Shown here: positions 10,368 through 22,265 of the stretch, piece by piece
How positions within the stretch are numbered: position 1 is the stretch's first letter
How the letters are laid out: each line of letters opens with the position of its first letter
NCBI GenBank assembly: GCA_038206135.1
Contig: JBBRBD010000003.1
Coordinates: forward strand, 4,453-68,452
DNA length: 64,000 nucleotides
Direction of reading: 5' to 3'
Origin: Patescibacteria group bacterium
Lineage (GTDB): Bacteria > Patescibacteriota > Microgenomatia > UBA8517
Made by a program: the position numbers and the translations under genes
The notes under the pieces: model-generated
Database searches by the model: none
What the model was told of the DNA's origin: nothing
What the model saw: only the letters and a program-made list of their open reading frames with translations

Positions 10368-13300
10368 ATGAGTGATTACCCAAAATCGTTGAATATAACT
10401 AAACATTTTCTTAAATTAATTAAAAAAGTGCATTTGCGTACATGGATCGGAATATTCCTGATTGCAATACTTTTACCTGTCATAATTCTCTCTCTTTATA
10501 AGTCACAGAGTTCACAAGCCGCATGGTTTGATGATGGATGGACATATCGTATGAAAGTCCCTATTACGGCACATACAGGTGCAGAAACGAATAAATATTT
10601 CTCAGTGACCGTTGACACAAGCGATACCACAAAATTTCAAGCAGATTGTGGAGATATCAGATTCCTAAATAGTAGTGGAGATCTTTTGAACTATTACATT
10701 TCAAGCGGTTGTAGCAGTGCATCAACCATTATTCATGTTTTGGTTCCCTCTTTCCCCGCAGGGGCCTCAAACTACTATATGTATTATGGAAACCCAACAG
10801 TCGCGAATGGATTTTCATCCTCCGATTTCAGCGCAGGTACTGGTATAACAGTGGGAACTGTCGGAAGCGAAGAAAAAGGTACAGGTCCAATTCTTTATTG
10901 GAGTATGGACGAAGGATATGGAACAACAACGTATGATTCAACTTCAAACCGAAATAATGGAACGCTTACTGGAGCATGGGAGTCTGAACAATATTGTGTT
11001 ACGGGAAAGTGTATTTTTCTGAGCAATAGTAGCACCCAAGGATTAGGAACTGCGACTGTGAGTCCTCTCAGTAAACTTACATCAGGATCCGTTTCAATAT
11101 GGGCCAAGTACACCGGTGTAAACAGATATCAAGATATCTTTAATCTGTATAGAGGGGCTGACACGACAGCGACCGGTTTTGAATTAAACTTTGATAACCG
11201 AACAAGTGGTGGGGTAAACATCAAAGGTACAGCATCTAAAGATGGTTCATTGAAATGGGAGTTTACTGTGGCAAGCGCAGACTTTAATGCAATAACTGAA
11301 ACGAATAAATGGCACTTATATACATTAGTTCACGATGGTACAACCCCTTCACTCTATATTGATGGCAAACCTATTAATATTACATTTACAACAACAACAG
11401 ATAAAACAGTTTGGTTCAAGGCATTTCTAACAGATGCCACATCAAAAGCCGATACATTAGCTATTGGACTTGTAGTTGCAAATAACACTCCATTTAATCC
11501 AGCCACCGCATTTTTTGATGATTTTAAAATCTATCCATATGCTCGATCGGCAACTCAGCTTAAGGCTGACTATATCTCAAGAGGTACAAACGAAGGTGTG
11601 TCTGCTCAATTTGGAAATACAGACCAAAAGTATCTTTCCGATGGGCTTGTAGCGTACTGGAAATTTGATGAGTCAAGCAGTACTGCATCTGACTCGTCCG
11701 GAAATGGACTTACACTTACAAATAATGGAACTACTCCCTACACAGACGGGAAGTTTGGAAATGCACCAACATATAATGGTAGTACCCGATATTTTAGTAC
11801 TGCAACAACCATTTCAGGCGTTCAAAGTGTTTCTTTTTGGACATATCCAGGATCCACTACTGATAATTTTATCAATTTAGCAAGCGGGGTGTATGTGAGC
11901 GCATCAGGTGGTACCTTGTCAGCAACTGGTTTCACAAATCCCACTATTTACGTTAATGGTGTCCAGACAACAACGATCGCTGCAAGTGTTTGGCAGTACA
12001 TAACTATCACTACTTCTAGTTCCATTTCTGGAAGTGCAGTAAACATTGGTCGTGCCAATAGCACTGTCGCTGTTAATAATTCTAGAACTGATGATGTTCG
12101 CTTTTATAATCGTATCTTGTCTGCACAAGAAGTTAGTAAGCTTTACAACTGGGCGCCAGGCCCTATCGGATACTGGCAATTTGATGAAAACACTGGAACA
12201 ACATTACATGACGCAAGTGGAAACGGGAATGGAGCGACTATAACAGATACGGCAAACGTCGGAAAATGGACTTCGGGTCAATATGGATCAGCATATGACA
12301 TGGAAGGTAATGAAACCTCCGATGTAATGGCTCTTGATAATACCATAGATCTCGGAACCAGAAACACAATAGCATACTGGGTATATTTTGTTAATAGTAC
12401 TAATTCACCAGTTATTGGTGGCAACTATAGTACAACTGAAGGTTATATGAGCTACCGTGAATCGACTACGTTATATTCTAGACCAGGAACGGGAGTTAGT
12501 GCAGCAAGCGTGTCTTATACAACAGCGATAAATACTTGGTATCACATCGAAGTTGTGAGAGACAACACTAGTATTAAGTTTTACGTTAATGGAATTCAGG
12601 CCGGCTCAACACAAACACTTGATGCAAACCCTAATTTCACTTTATATAGTCTCACAAACTATGTGACTGGAGTGACGAACTATCCCCTCGAGGGAAGACT
12701 GGATGATGTGCGAGTTTACAATTATCCACGATCTTCACAGCAAGTGATTGAGGATATGAATGGTGGTCACCCTGCTGGGGGTTCTCCGCTTGGCTCTCAA
12801 ATAATGTATTGGAAACTCGATGAACAAAATGGAAATACCATTAATAATTCTGGCTTTGGAACTTCTACATATAATGGTACAAATTCCGGAGCTACATGGC
12901 TGCAGAATAACAGCTGTAAGGTAAATGGTTGTTTATATTTTGATACAACAACAGACTCAGTGAGTGCCGGAGATGTGGCATACATAGATGGTTTAACTGG
13001 ATTCACCACCAGCTTTTGGCTTAATCCACAAACGCTGGCCACAAACAAAATGATTGTAAGTAAAGCAAATACAACCACTCAGCGGGTATTTCAAATAAAA
13101 ACTGATGATACAACTGCAGCAAAACTAAAAGTAATGATTTCCTCAAGTGCCGCTGACACTTCCAACTATTGTGTAACGGCATCTTCAGTTTTAAGTGCAT
13201 CAACTTGGCAACACGTTACTGTTGTATATGATGGAACAGCAACAACAGGTAATGATCAACGGGTCAAAGTGTATGTAAACGGGGCACCAACAAGTTGTAC

Positions 13301-14831
13301 GGTAACAGGAACTATTCCAACGTCACTCGTTTCATCGACCACTTCAAATTTTAAGCTTGGGCAAGGTGATGACACAACACCAACGGCATTAATTTCATAT
13401 ATTGATGAACTAAAAATCTATACTTCAGCGCTTACCGCAGATCAAGTTAAAATCGAAGCGCAATATGGAAGCACTATAGACTTTGGCACAGGACAGAATG
13501 AAACTACACAAATTACCGGAACAGCAGAAACTGGTCCAATTCTATATCTTCCGCTTGATGAAAATACGGGAACTACTGCTGCAGACAAAAGTGGAAACGG
13601 TTTGAATGGAACACTTACAAACGGTCCTGTTTGGTCGCTCGGAAAAATTGGAGAGGCTGTTTTCTTTGACGGCTCAAATGATCAAATTCAAGTTTCACAC
13701 AATTCTCTCCTAAATGTAGTGACTGGCTATACTGTTGAAGGATGGGTGAAACCTACTGCTGGTAATGGATCATATCGAGATATTCTGGTAAAAGGGATAG
13801 ATACTGCTGGCGGCGAAACATCTACTTTTTATATGCAGATTACTGACACAAATCAATTTGAAGGAGGTCACAAAGCAAACACCTTTTTCAGATATGCGGA
13901 CTCGACGACAACTGCAAGTTTAAACACTTGGTACCATGTCACCATTACGAATAACAGTAGTAACACGAGTGTCAAAATATATATCAATGGAAAACTGGAG
14001 GCAACAACAGCATATACAACAGACGCACCACTCACTCAAAGCAGTCCTTTATTAATTGGGGTTGGAAATGGTTCCAATTATAGACCATTTACTGGATATA
14101 TTGATGATATTAAGGTCTATAACTACGAACGAACACCTGCACAAGTTGCATATGATTACAATCGTGGTGCACCTATCGGGTGGTGGAAATTTGATGAAGG
14201 CAATGGGACTATTTCAAATGATTCATCTGAAAACAGTTATACTGGCACGCTGACAGGGACTCCTTCATGGGTTGATGGCAAGTTTAACACTGGAATCAGC
14301 TTAAACGGCAGTAGTCAGTACTCAACTGTTACTGATGCTGCAAATATTCGATTTGATAGCGCAACTCAAAATTTTTCTGTGTTTGCATGGGTGAAACGGG
14401 CTGCAACAGGATCTGAAATGGACATTGTGAGCAAGGAAGATGCAGACAATGATGGATATCGACTTGAATTTACAAGTGGAAACATTGTTCGTTGTAGTGC
14501 AAATAGCACAGACGTGGATAGCACTGCTACGATTACAGATACGACTACTTGGCATCTGGTTGGTTGCAGTATGAACAGAAGTGGAACCGGGCAAATATAT
14601 ATTGATGGATATCCTTCTGGAACAGCCACCTCAATTAGTGCAATTACCATGTCCACAACGGCAAATATTTTAATAGGTGCCCGCTCATATACCACCGCGA
14701 ATTACTTTAATGGAACAATTGATGGTGTACGGCTCTATAATTACGCGCTTACATTGTCACAAATCAAAAAACTTTATAATGAAGGTTCAAGCGTTCGTTT
14801 TGGACCAACACAAGGAACTCCAGCGCCATGA
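10368..14831 (+). CDS. Membrane-anchored DUF2341 + multiple LamG/ConA-like domain surface protein
   Basis: N-terminal TM helix, then WFDDGWTYRMKVPIT...DCGDIRF...YYMYYGNP (DUF2341-like). About six units of (Y/W)W(K/S)(F/M/L)DE.SG...W.H...YxNG...IDDxKIYNY follow. Confidence 0.85.
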   Translation: MSDYPKSLNITKHFLKLIKKVHLRTWIGIFLIAILLPVIILSLYKSQSSQAAWFDDGWTYRMKVPITAHTGAETNKYFSVTVDTSDTTKFQADCGDIRFLNSSGDLLNYYISSGCSSASTIIHVLVPSFPAGASNYYMYYGNPTVANGFSSSDFSAGTGITVGTVGSEEKGTGPILYWSMDEGYGTTTYDSTSNRNNGTLTGAWESEQYCVTGKCIFLSNSSTQGLGTATVSPLSKLTSGSVSIWAKYTGVNRYQDIFNLYRGADTTATGFELNFDNRTSGGVNIKGTASKDGSLKWEFTVASADFNAITETNKWHLYTLVHDGTTPSLYIDGKPINITFTTTTDKTVWFKAFLTDATSKADTLAIGLVVANNTPFNPATAFFDDFKIYPYARSATQLKADYISRGTNEGVSAQFGNTDQKYLSDGLVAYWKFDESSSTASDSSGNGLTLTNNGTTPYTDGKFGNAPTYNGSTRYFSTATTISGVQSVSFWTYPGSTTDNFINLASGVYVSASGGTLSATGFTNPTIYVNGVQTTTIAASVWQYITITTSSSISGSAVNIGRANSTVAVNNSRTDDVRFYNRILSAQEVSKLYNWAPGPIGYWQFDENTGTTLHDASGNGNGATITDTANVGKWTSGQYGSAYDMEGNETSDVMALDNTIDLGTRNTIAYWVYFVNSTNSPVIGGNYSTTEGYMSYRESTTLYSRPGTGVSAASVSYTTAINTWYHIEVVRDNTSIKFYVNGIQAGSTQTLDANPNFTLYSLTNYVTGVTNYPLEGRLDDVRVYNYPRSSQQVIEDMNGGHPAGGSPLGSQIMYWKLDEQNGNTINNSGFGTSTYNGTNSGATWLQNNSCKVNGCLYFDTTTDSVSAGDVAYIDGLTGFTTSFWLNPQTLATNKMIVSKANTTTQRVFQIKTDDTTAAKLKVMISSSAADTSNYCVTASSVLSASTWQHVTVVYDGTATTGNDQRVKVYVNGAPTSCTVTGTIPTSLVSSTTSNFKLGQGDDTTPTALISYIDELKIYTSALTADQVKIEAQYGSTIDFGTGQNETTQITGTAETGPILYLPLDENTGTTAADKSGNGLNGTLTNGPVWSLGKIGEAVFFDGSNDQIQVSHNSLLNVVTGYTVEGWVKPTAGNGSYRDILVKGIDTAGGETSTFYMQITDTNQFEGGHKANTFFRYADSTTTASLNTWYHVTITNNSSNTSVKIYINGKLEATTAYTTDAPLTQSSPLLIGVGNGSNYRPFTGYIDDIKVYNYERTPAQVAYDYNRGAPIGWWKFDEGNGTISNDSSENSYTGTLTGTPSWVDGKFNTGISLNGSSQYSTVTDAANIRFDSATQNFSVFAWVKRAATGSEMDIVSKEDADNDGYRLEFTSGNIVRCSANSTDVDSTATITDTTTWHLVGCSMNRSGTGQIYIDGYPSGTATSISAITMSTTANILIGARSYTTANYFNGTIDGVRLYNYALTLSQIKKLYNEGSSVRFGPTQGTPAP

Positions 14832-17800
14832 GTAAAAAGTCATTTTTCAAGTCTCACCTTTCAAAAGTTAAACTACGTACATATGTTGCACTGGGATTAT
14901 TATTTATATTACTTCCCGTTATACTTATTTCCCTTTTTAGACCACAAAACTCGACTGCTACATGGATGGATGACTCATGGACATACAGAATAAAAGTTCC
15001 AGTAACTGCACACACAGCAGTTGAAACGAATAAATATTTTACCAAAACTGTAGACACGAGTGACACGACAAAGTTTCAATCAGATTGTGGAGACATACGC
15101 TTCACTGATGCAAATGGAAAAGTTTTGCAATATTACATTGCTTCTGGATGTAGTAGTGCTTCAACTGTTGTTCATGTACTAGTTCCCTCTTTCCCAGCAG
15201 GAGCATCGGACTACTATATGTATTATGGTAATGTAACCGCTGCAAACGGCTTTAGCTTAAGTGACTTTACGGCCGGAAGTGCAGTGACTGTAGGAAGTGT
15301 GGGAGGTGAAGAAAAAGGAACTGGGCCAATTTCCTATTGGAGTATGGATTCAGGAACTGGAACAACTGCCTATGATTCACAAAACGTAAACAATGGCACC
15401 TTTGGCGCAAGTACTGCCGCTCCAACTTGGCAAACAGAAGACATGTGTGTAAGCGGAAAGTGTATATACTTTGATGGCAGTAATGACTATATAGAAAAAA
15501 CTTCTGCAAAAAACCTCCCATTAGGAGCGACTCCTCGAACGGTTGAAGCTTGGGTAAGATACAACGGAAGTATTGCCTATCAATATATTTTGGCTTACGG
15601 GACACAAAGTAACGGGAATTGGTTTGGATTAGCAATCGAGTCAACAGGGAAAATATATATAGATACCTGGTCAAATGACACACCAGGAACAGCAACCACG
15701 ATTAATGACAATAAGTGGCATCATGTTGCAGCAACATACAATGGCAGTACTTCAGTTAGTTTCTATGTCGATGGAAATTTTGTTGAAACGGACAGTATTT
15801 CCGCTCCAGCAAACACAACCGGAACAACATTGCGAATTGGGAGTTCTACTTCAAATGACTATTTTTTGAAAGGTTATATTGACGAACCAAAAATTTACAA
15901 TTATGCAAAAACCGCTGCTCAAATAAAAGCCGCATATAACTCAAAAGGCTCAAATGAAGGTGCGACATCAACCGTTGGTAATGCTAATCAAAAGTTTCTA
16001 TCAGATGGACTCGTTGGATATTGGAAAATGGATGAAAGTAGTTGGACAAACAATTGTTCAGCTACCTCTGTTACTGATAGTTCAGGAAACGGAAACAACG
16101 CAAAAGCATGCCCTGCCTCAACCGGCCCGACAGGTGCCGCAGTTGGGAAATTTGGTAATGCAGGAAGTTTTGATGGTTCTGATGATTATGTTGAGGTTCC
16201 AAACACAACAAACATCCATCCCGGCGACACTTTCACACTCGCAGCCTGGGTAAAACGAAGCTCAACTGGCACATTTGATGCAATCTTTGGAACTGCTACA
16301 AATGATTTCCAACTCGCGTTTGTCAATGACAATATAAAGCTTTCAAAACAATCAAGTAGTGATGTTTTTGTCAGTACGAGTACATACACAGATACAACAA
16401 GTTGGCACCAAATTGTTGCAGTCAAAAATGGTTCTCAATTTGCAAAAGTATATTACGATGGAGTCGAGATTGCAGGAACATTCACAAATCAAACAATATC
16501 AGCGGGTTCATCGTCTGTTTACATCGGTGGGGATTCTGTTTCAAATGATGTTTTTGCAGGTTCCATTGATGAGGCTCGTATATACAATAGGGCACTTTCA
16601 GCCCAGGAAGTTCGTAAACTGTACATTTGGGCTCCAGGGCCAGTGGGTTATTGGAATCTAGATGAAAAAACTGGAACTACTGCCTCAGATACAAGCAGCA
16701 ATAATAATACGGGGACATTAACCAATGGCCCCACGTGGAGTTCTGGAAAGTTTGGCTCAAGCGTTTCATTTGATGGTGTCGATGATGTAGTCGATGCTGG
16801 ATCTGGGTCAACCCTTGATGACATGCCTGCCATGACTCTTGAAGCATGGATTTATACAAGGTCGCTCGGCGGTGGTGGATTAGGTCGTATTATGGAAAAA
16901 CAATCGAGTGTCACTGATAACGGTTTTAGATTCCAATTAAATACAAGTAATGCCATTATTTTTAGTCAAGATTACTCGACAACAGATATTAGTCATGCAA
17001 CTGCAACTAATGTTTTCGCACTTAATACATGGCAACATGTGACGGCTACCTGGGATGGGTCCGCTACTGCACAAAATATTCATATTTATGTTAACGGTGT
17101 TGAGGTTTCTTCTTATATAACAACAACAAACGGTTCGGGATCCCGAGTAACAGATGCTGCGCAAAACCTTCGCATTGGTAATACAAATAATGGATCAAGA
17201 GGCTTTGATGGAATGATTGACGATGCTCGGATTTACAATTATGTTCGTACTCAATCTCAAGTTATTGAAGATATGAATGCAGGTCATCCAACTGCTGGAG
17301 GTTTTGTCGGTTCATACACTTCATATTGGAATATGGATGAGTCGAATGGAACAACAGCACATGACAGTAACAGCACACTTGCAAATGACATCACGCTTTC
17401 AACCTCCTCATGGAATCTTTCAGGAAAAACAAATAGTGCATGGAACGGGGTTGGAACAAATTGGCTCTCTCGCGCTGATGATGATGATTTTGATTTCACC
17501 GCCTCAGATAACTTGTCTATCTCTTTGTGGTTTAAATCTGACTCAGCAAGTAATCCCGGAACGACGGAATATTTACTAGATAAATCCTTGTCAGGTGCTG
17601 TTCAAGCCGCCGGATATGCGATCTACGCAAAAACGAGTGGTTTGGTATGTTTTGGTATTGATGATGACACAACCTGGTCCCCGGGCGATGAGGCATGCAG
17701 TACCAGTGATATATATGATGCAACTTGGCACCACATAGTGGTAACTAAAACCGGTACCAGCGAAATTCGAATATACGTCGATGGTTTAAGTAGTGGATCT

Positions 17801-19321
17801 GACATTTCACTCGCCACAACAGGAACATTGACTAACTCAAAAATTTTATATCTTGGTGATCGCGATGGCGTGGACAACAGTGATGAATTTAATGGAGACA
17901 TTGATGAAGTAAAAATATATCGTTCAGTATTAACTCAGGACCAAGTTTTACTGGATATGAATGCGGGCTCTTCACAAAATTTTGGTGTTACTGCATTAAC
18001 AGAAGCATCACAGTTTTTAGATGGCGCTGGTAACTCACCTGTCGGGTATTGGAATTTGGATGAAAAAACTGGCACATCCGCAAATGATAAAAGTGGAAAT
18101 GAAAACACTGGAACACTTAACAATACCCCTACTTGGGGATCCAGTCAGATGTGTAAAACAGGTTCTTGTCTCTCATTCGTAAGTAGTAGTAGCCAAGATG
18201 TGACGGTCAGTACTACTATTTCAGGAGTAAAAACTGTTTCCTTTTGGGTCTATCCCACCTCCACAACGTCAAGCATCTTACAACTTCAGGCAACAGGCGC
18301 AGTTGCAATTACGGCCAGTAGTGGAACAATTTCATTTACTGGTTTTACCTCACCGACAAAATATATAAATGGTGTGCAATGTACATCTTGTACGCTTACC
18401 GCAAACACTTGGCAATACATTACCGTTACGACGGGTACCTCAATTAGTGCATCACAAATTAAGTTTGGGCATTCGAATAGTACCTATTTTGACGGCAGAA
18501 TTGATGATATAAAATTCTACGACTACGCCAGAACACAGTCCCAAGTGTCATATGATTATAACCGGGGCTTACCAACAGGCTGGTGGCAATTTGATGAATG
18601 CCAAGGCTCAACAGCATATGACAATAGCGGAAATGGAAATAACGCTACTCTGACATATGGTGGCGGAACATACACTCAAACGGGAACATGCAATTCAGGA
18701 ACTTCGTCAGATGCGTGGTTCGGAGGGGTGAGCGGAAAATTCAATAGTTCACTTGCCATGGACACAACAACTGATACGATTAGTGTCGGAGATATTAGCA
18801 TGTATGCATTTGACCGCAGCAACGCCTTTTCTCTTTCTGCTTGGGAAAAAACCACAACAAATGGTGCTGCGACACTTATTTCTAAACAAGACAGTAGCGC
18901 TCCTTTCACTGGTTGGAATATGCAAACTGGTTCAAATGGATTTGTCTATCTTCAATTGGTAAACACCTATAGCACCAATGCACTCGAAGTTCACAGCACA
19001 AACGACGTGAATTATTACGATGGAAATTGGCATCTAATTACCATGACATATGACGGCTCAAGTACTGATGCAGGTGTAAAAATTTACATGGATGGAAATG
19101 CAGTGCCAACGACCGCTTCATTCACCAGTACTCTTGCCTCAGCTATTACAAATTCTATATCTGTGTATATAGGGTCTAGAAATGCAGTTGGACAGAAATT
19201 TGGTGGACAGCTGGACGACGTCCGAATCTACAACTATGTTTTGTCTGCCACACAAGCTAAACAGATATATTCCGGTAATGGCGGTGCTGTGTTCTATGGT
19301 CCACCTACGGGCCAGCCTTGA
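14828..19321 (+). CDS. Paralogous DUF2341 + multiple LamG domain surface protein
   Basis: Overlaps the upstream gene by ATGA. The N-terminal ~170 aa are near-identical (VDTSDTTKFQ.DCGDIRF, GEEKGTGPI.YWSMD) and about six LamG units follow. Confidence 0.85.
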   Translation: MSKKSFFKSHLSKVKLRTYVALGLLFILLPVILISLFRPQNSTATWMDDSWTYRIKVPVTAHTAVETNKYFTKTVDTSDTTKFQSDCGDIRFTDANGKVLQYYIASGCSSASTVVHVLVPSFPAGASDYYMYYGNVTAANGFSLSDFTAGSAVTVGSVGGEEKGTGPISYWSMDSGTGTTAYDSQNVNNGTFGASTAAPTWQTEDMCVSGKCIYFDGSNDYIEKTSAKNLPLGATPRTVEAWVRYNGSIAYQYILAYGTQSNGNWFGLAIESTGKIYIDTWSNDTPGTATTINDNKWHHVAATYNGSTSVSFYVDGNFVETDSISAPANTTGTTLRIGSSTSNDYFLKGYIDEPKIYNYAKTAAQIKAAYNSKGSNEGATSTVGNANQKFLSDGLVGYWKMDESSWTNNCSATSVTDSSGNGNNAKACPASTGPTGAAVGKFGNAGSFDGSDDYVEVPNTTNIHPGDTFTLAAWVKRSSTGTFDAIFGTATNDFQLAFVNDNIKLSKQSSSDVFVSTSTYTDTTSWHQIVAVKNGSQFAKVYYDGVEIAGTFTNQTISAGSSSVYIGGDSVSNDVFAGSIDEARIYNRALSAQEVRKLYIWAPGPVGYWNLDEKTGTTASDTSSNNNTGTLTNGPTWSSGKFGSSVSFDGVDDVVDAGSGSTLDDMPAMTLEAWIYTRSLGGGGLGRIMEKQSSVTDNGFRFQLNTSNAIIFSQDYSTTDISHATATNVFALNTWQHVTATWDGSATAQNIHIYVNGVEVSSYITTTNGSGSRVTDAAQNLRIGNTNNGSRGFDGMIDDARIYNYVRTQSQVIEDMNAGHPTAGGFVGSYTSYWNMDESNGTTAHDSNSTLANDITLSTSSWNLSGKTNSAWNGVGTNWLSRADDDDFDFTASDNLSISLWFKSDSASNPGTTEYLLDKSLSGAVQAAGYAIYAKTSGLVCFGIDDDTTWSPGDEACSTSDIYDATWHHIVVTKTGTSEIRIYVDGLSSGSDISLATTGTLTNSKILYLGDRDGVDNSDEFNGDIDEVKIYRSVLTQDQVLLDMNAGSSQNFGVTALTEASQFLDGAGNSPVGYWNLDEKTGTSANDKSGNENTGTLNNTPTWGSSQMCKTGSCLSFVSSSSQDVTVSTTISGVKTVSFWVYPTSTTSSILQLQATGAVAITASSGTISFTGFTSPTKYINGVQCTSCTLTANTWQYITVTTGTSISASQIKFGHSNSTYFDGRIDDIKFYDYARTQSQVSYDYNRGLPTGWWQFDECQGSTAYDNSGNGNNATLTYGGGTYTQTGTCNSGTSSDAWFGGVSGKFNSSLAMDTTTDTISVGDISMYAFDRSNAFSLSAWEKTTTNGAATLISKQDSSAPFTGWNMQTGSNGFVYLQLVNTYSTNALEVHSTNDVNYYDGNWHLITMTYDGSSTDAGVKIYMDGNAVPTTASFTSTLASAITNSISVYIGSRNAVGQKFGGQLDDVRIYNYVLSATQAKQIYSGNGGAVFYGPPTGQP

Positions 19322-19352
19322 TCCACATCTAACACTAGAATAATATGTAATT

Positions 19353-22256
19353 ATGCGTACTATCTATTTCTTATCACTGTTTTTTTTAATCTTTCTTTTT
19401 ACATTCCCGACTAATATTTATGCTGATGGTACATATTCACAGCTAAACACCAGTGCTGGCTCGACTGGTAGCCCTGATGCTGTTACCTGGTCGACTGGAA
19501 ACCCAATCATGATTGACTCGTTTGGAAAATATATAGTTCCAGTCCAGACAAATGGTGACTCGAACTATCATTTTGTGTTTAGTAATAACGCGGGTTCATC
19601 TTGGACCGAGACCTCAGGCCTTACAAACCCTGGCCGAGTGTCCGCAGTATATGACTCTAAAAACGATAAAATTCACGTACTAAATAGTGGCGGCACAAGT
19701 ACAGGTACCACATACCGAAGGTTTAGTATCATTCGAGATACTTCATACAATATTACCTCAATTATTGTTGATCCAATGCTGACCGCAATGTCTATTGACA
19801 CACAAGGGGTGTGTTCGAGTTTTGACTCAGGGGACCCGATAATTCTTTTTAAAGACAATGGGACAGACCAAAAACTAATTATTTTTTGGTCTGTTACCAA
19901 AACTTGTAGTGCAGTAAGCGTGACTGAAACACGAGCCTCAATGCGAATTTTATCAAATGATTCAAACGATGGCACACAGGGAAACTGGCTTGCATTAAAT
20001 GGCACTTCTGACTCAAGTGGTGCGACAGGACCCGCTTTAATTGCATACAACAAAATTTATACATACACAGGATCTCATGTGTTTTTTCAACAATCGGCCA
20101 TGATTCTTGGAGGAAGCACTGCAAAACAAGATGATATTTATTACTTTAATATTGATGAAAATAGTACACATGGATTTAGGAGACTTGTGTGGAATAGTGG
20201 AAGCAATAACTGGTCGGGATCATGGACTTCTCGCTCTACTTTTGGAGGAGACGTAAACAATGGTCAAGGATATAACTTAAAAAGCGAACTATTAAGTAAA
20301 CCTGTATATGCTTCAGCTCAAGAGAAAGTCTATGTAGGAATTGCCCGATGGCTTGATAACACAAATGGAGACACTCAAAGTATGTATTCTGTCGACAGTT
20401 CTGACACAATTGCATTAGCATCAGACGTCTACTCAGCGAGTGGCACACATTGTATTTATCCGACCTTCGACTTGTCGTATGACAGTAGTCAAGACAAGGT
20501 ATATTTCTTCTACGATATTTCAGGAAGTGGTTCCACTTGTGGAAATGTTTACTACAAAACATACGATGGCTCGAGTCTTTCATCTGCGACTGCTTTCTAT
20601 ACTGTTGCTGATAGATCTGTAGACATTCCAATCACCTATCCATCTCGGTACAACGACAAAATTCTTTTGTTCTTTAGACTAAATAATGCATTAAACTCAG
20701 GTACTCCACCACACGATATTTATTTCGGATCAGTTAGTCTAAACTCAACAAGTACCGCTGCTTCCCAAACAGTATCCACACCCTATGCTGCAACAACATA
20801 TTCAGATTTTTATAAAACATGTACAACACTTTCAACGACACAAGTCATAAATAACAGCGGTGGTGAGATTGCAATTCCTGGTAGTTTTAGGGATGATTTT
20901 GAAACGCCAACTTCTCCATATACAGCGCTTTTTTCTGAGTGGGATCATGGAACCTGGTCTGGTGGTAGTTATACCCCAGCACCAAGTGGAACTCTCCTCG
21001 TTTACGGCGCAAATGGCGCATATATACTAGGGACCACTTCGTATACCAGAAAAGTTCTCGAATTTCGAGCCAAATTTACAGCACACGACTTTCAACATGT
21101 CGGCTGGGCCAATGGCACCTCATTTAATGAGTATTCAATGTTTAGTACAGCGTCTAACGGACAGTTAAACGCGAGAGCTGAAGCCGGAAGTGGTGAAACT
21201 GCAACTGCGCTTGGTTCGTCATACCTAGGCTCATATCACAAATACAAAATCGATTGGGGAACTAGTGACTCGAAGTTTTATATAGACGATACTCTTGTAG
21301 CTACAATTAATACATCAAACGCGAGCGGAATGTATATGATAGCTTCAAATAACACTACAACATCAGGCTCAGATCTAACAGTAGACTGGATGCGAATATT
21401 AAATTTCCCTTCAACCACCGGCACATATCTTTCTTGCCCGCTTGACTCACAAGTGGCTGGAAACATTTGGGGGGCGCTTACTTTTAGCTCGACACTCCCA
21501 ACAAGTACAGCACTTACAGTGAAAACAAGAACTTCATCTGATAACAGCACTTGGTCTTCATATTCGTCAGCCATAAGTAGTGGAGACACAGTGTCAAGCT
21601 CGCCGGATAGATATTTACAATATCAAGTAACCCTAACAGGAACCTCATCGGATACCCCTACATTTGATTCAATTTCCCTTCCATTCGCGTCTCCAACACC
21701 GTCACCAAGCGCAACCACTACATCTACTCCAACAGCATCAACCTCTCAGGTAAGTGGTGCACCACAATGCAACGCAAGTACTCCTTTAGGAATTCCATAT
21801 ATTTCTGAAGCGATGCCAATAAGTTCAACAGAACTGAAGCTTATTTATAGTAATTGGAGTAGCTATTACACGATTGAATATGGTGAAAATCAAACAACAT
21901 TTACGAATGCTGTTTCTGGAGTTCTTGGAGGAAGCTTTAATATAAAAGCATTAAAGGCAAATACTACTTATTATTTTAGGGTTGCTGAGAAAAATGATTG
22001 CACAATTGGAGCATGATCGAATGTACTAAAAGCAAAAACACCAGGGTTTGGAGGTCTTTTTGTTTCTTCATATATAAAGCCTGTTATCAAAACAAACTCT
22101 CCATTAATCAGTAATTTCATTCCATCGCGTTCACCAACTCCGAATATCACGGCAACAAGTGTCCCAGTTCCAGTGACAACAACAGCGCCCCAAACAGTAC
22201 AAAAAAATGAGAGTATATTTGCAAAAATACTAAATTTCTTTAAAAGAATTTTCTAA
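19353..22256 (+). pseudogene. Secreted multi-domain protein (Asp-box region, ConA-like domain, FN3) with an in-frame TGA at 22014-22016; the frame continues to TAA at 22254-22256
   Basis: Signal peptide, SNNAGSSW Asp-box and an FN3 motif (LKANTTYYFRVAEKNDCTIGA*SNVLKAKT) in which the stop sits where Trp is expected. A further 79 sense codons give a P/T linker and a SIFAKILNFFKRIF tail. Confidence 0.7.
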
Positions 22257-22265
22257 TTGAAGGGG

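Noticed and set aside
357-21589. Many long minus-strand and alternate-frame ORFs inside the giant genes
   Set aside because: These are shadow ORFs caused by the Thr/Gly/Ser codon bias of the real genes (Val/Pro-rich translations) and lack start signals.
22014-22016. Genome-wide UGA recoding (code 4 or 25)
   Set aside because: TGA acts as a normal stop elsewhere (8883, 14831, 19321, the M16 peptidase, rho), and conserved genes show no internal TGA.
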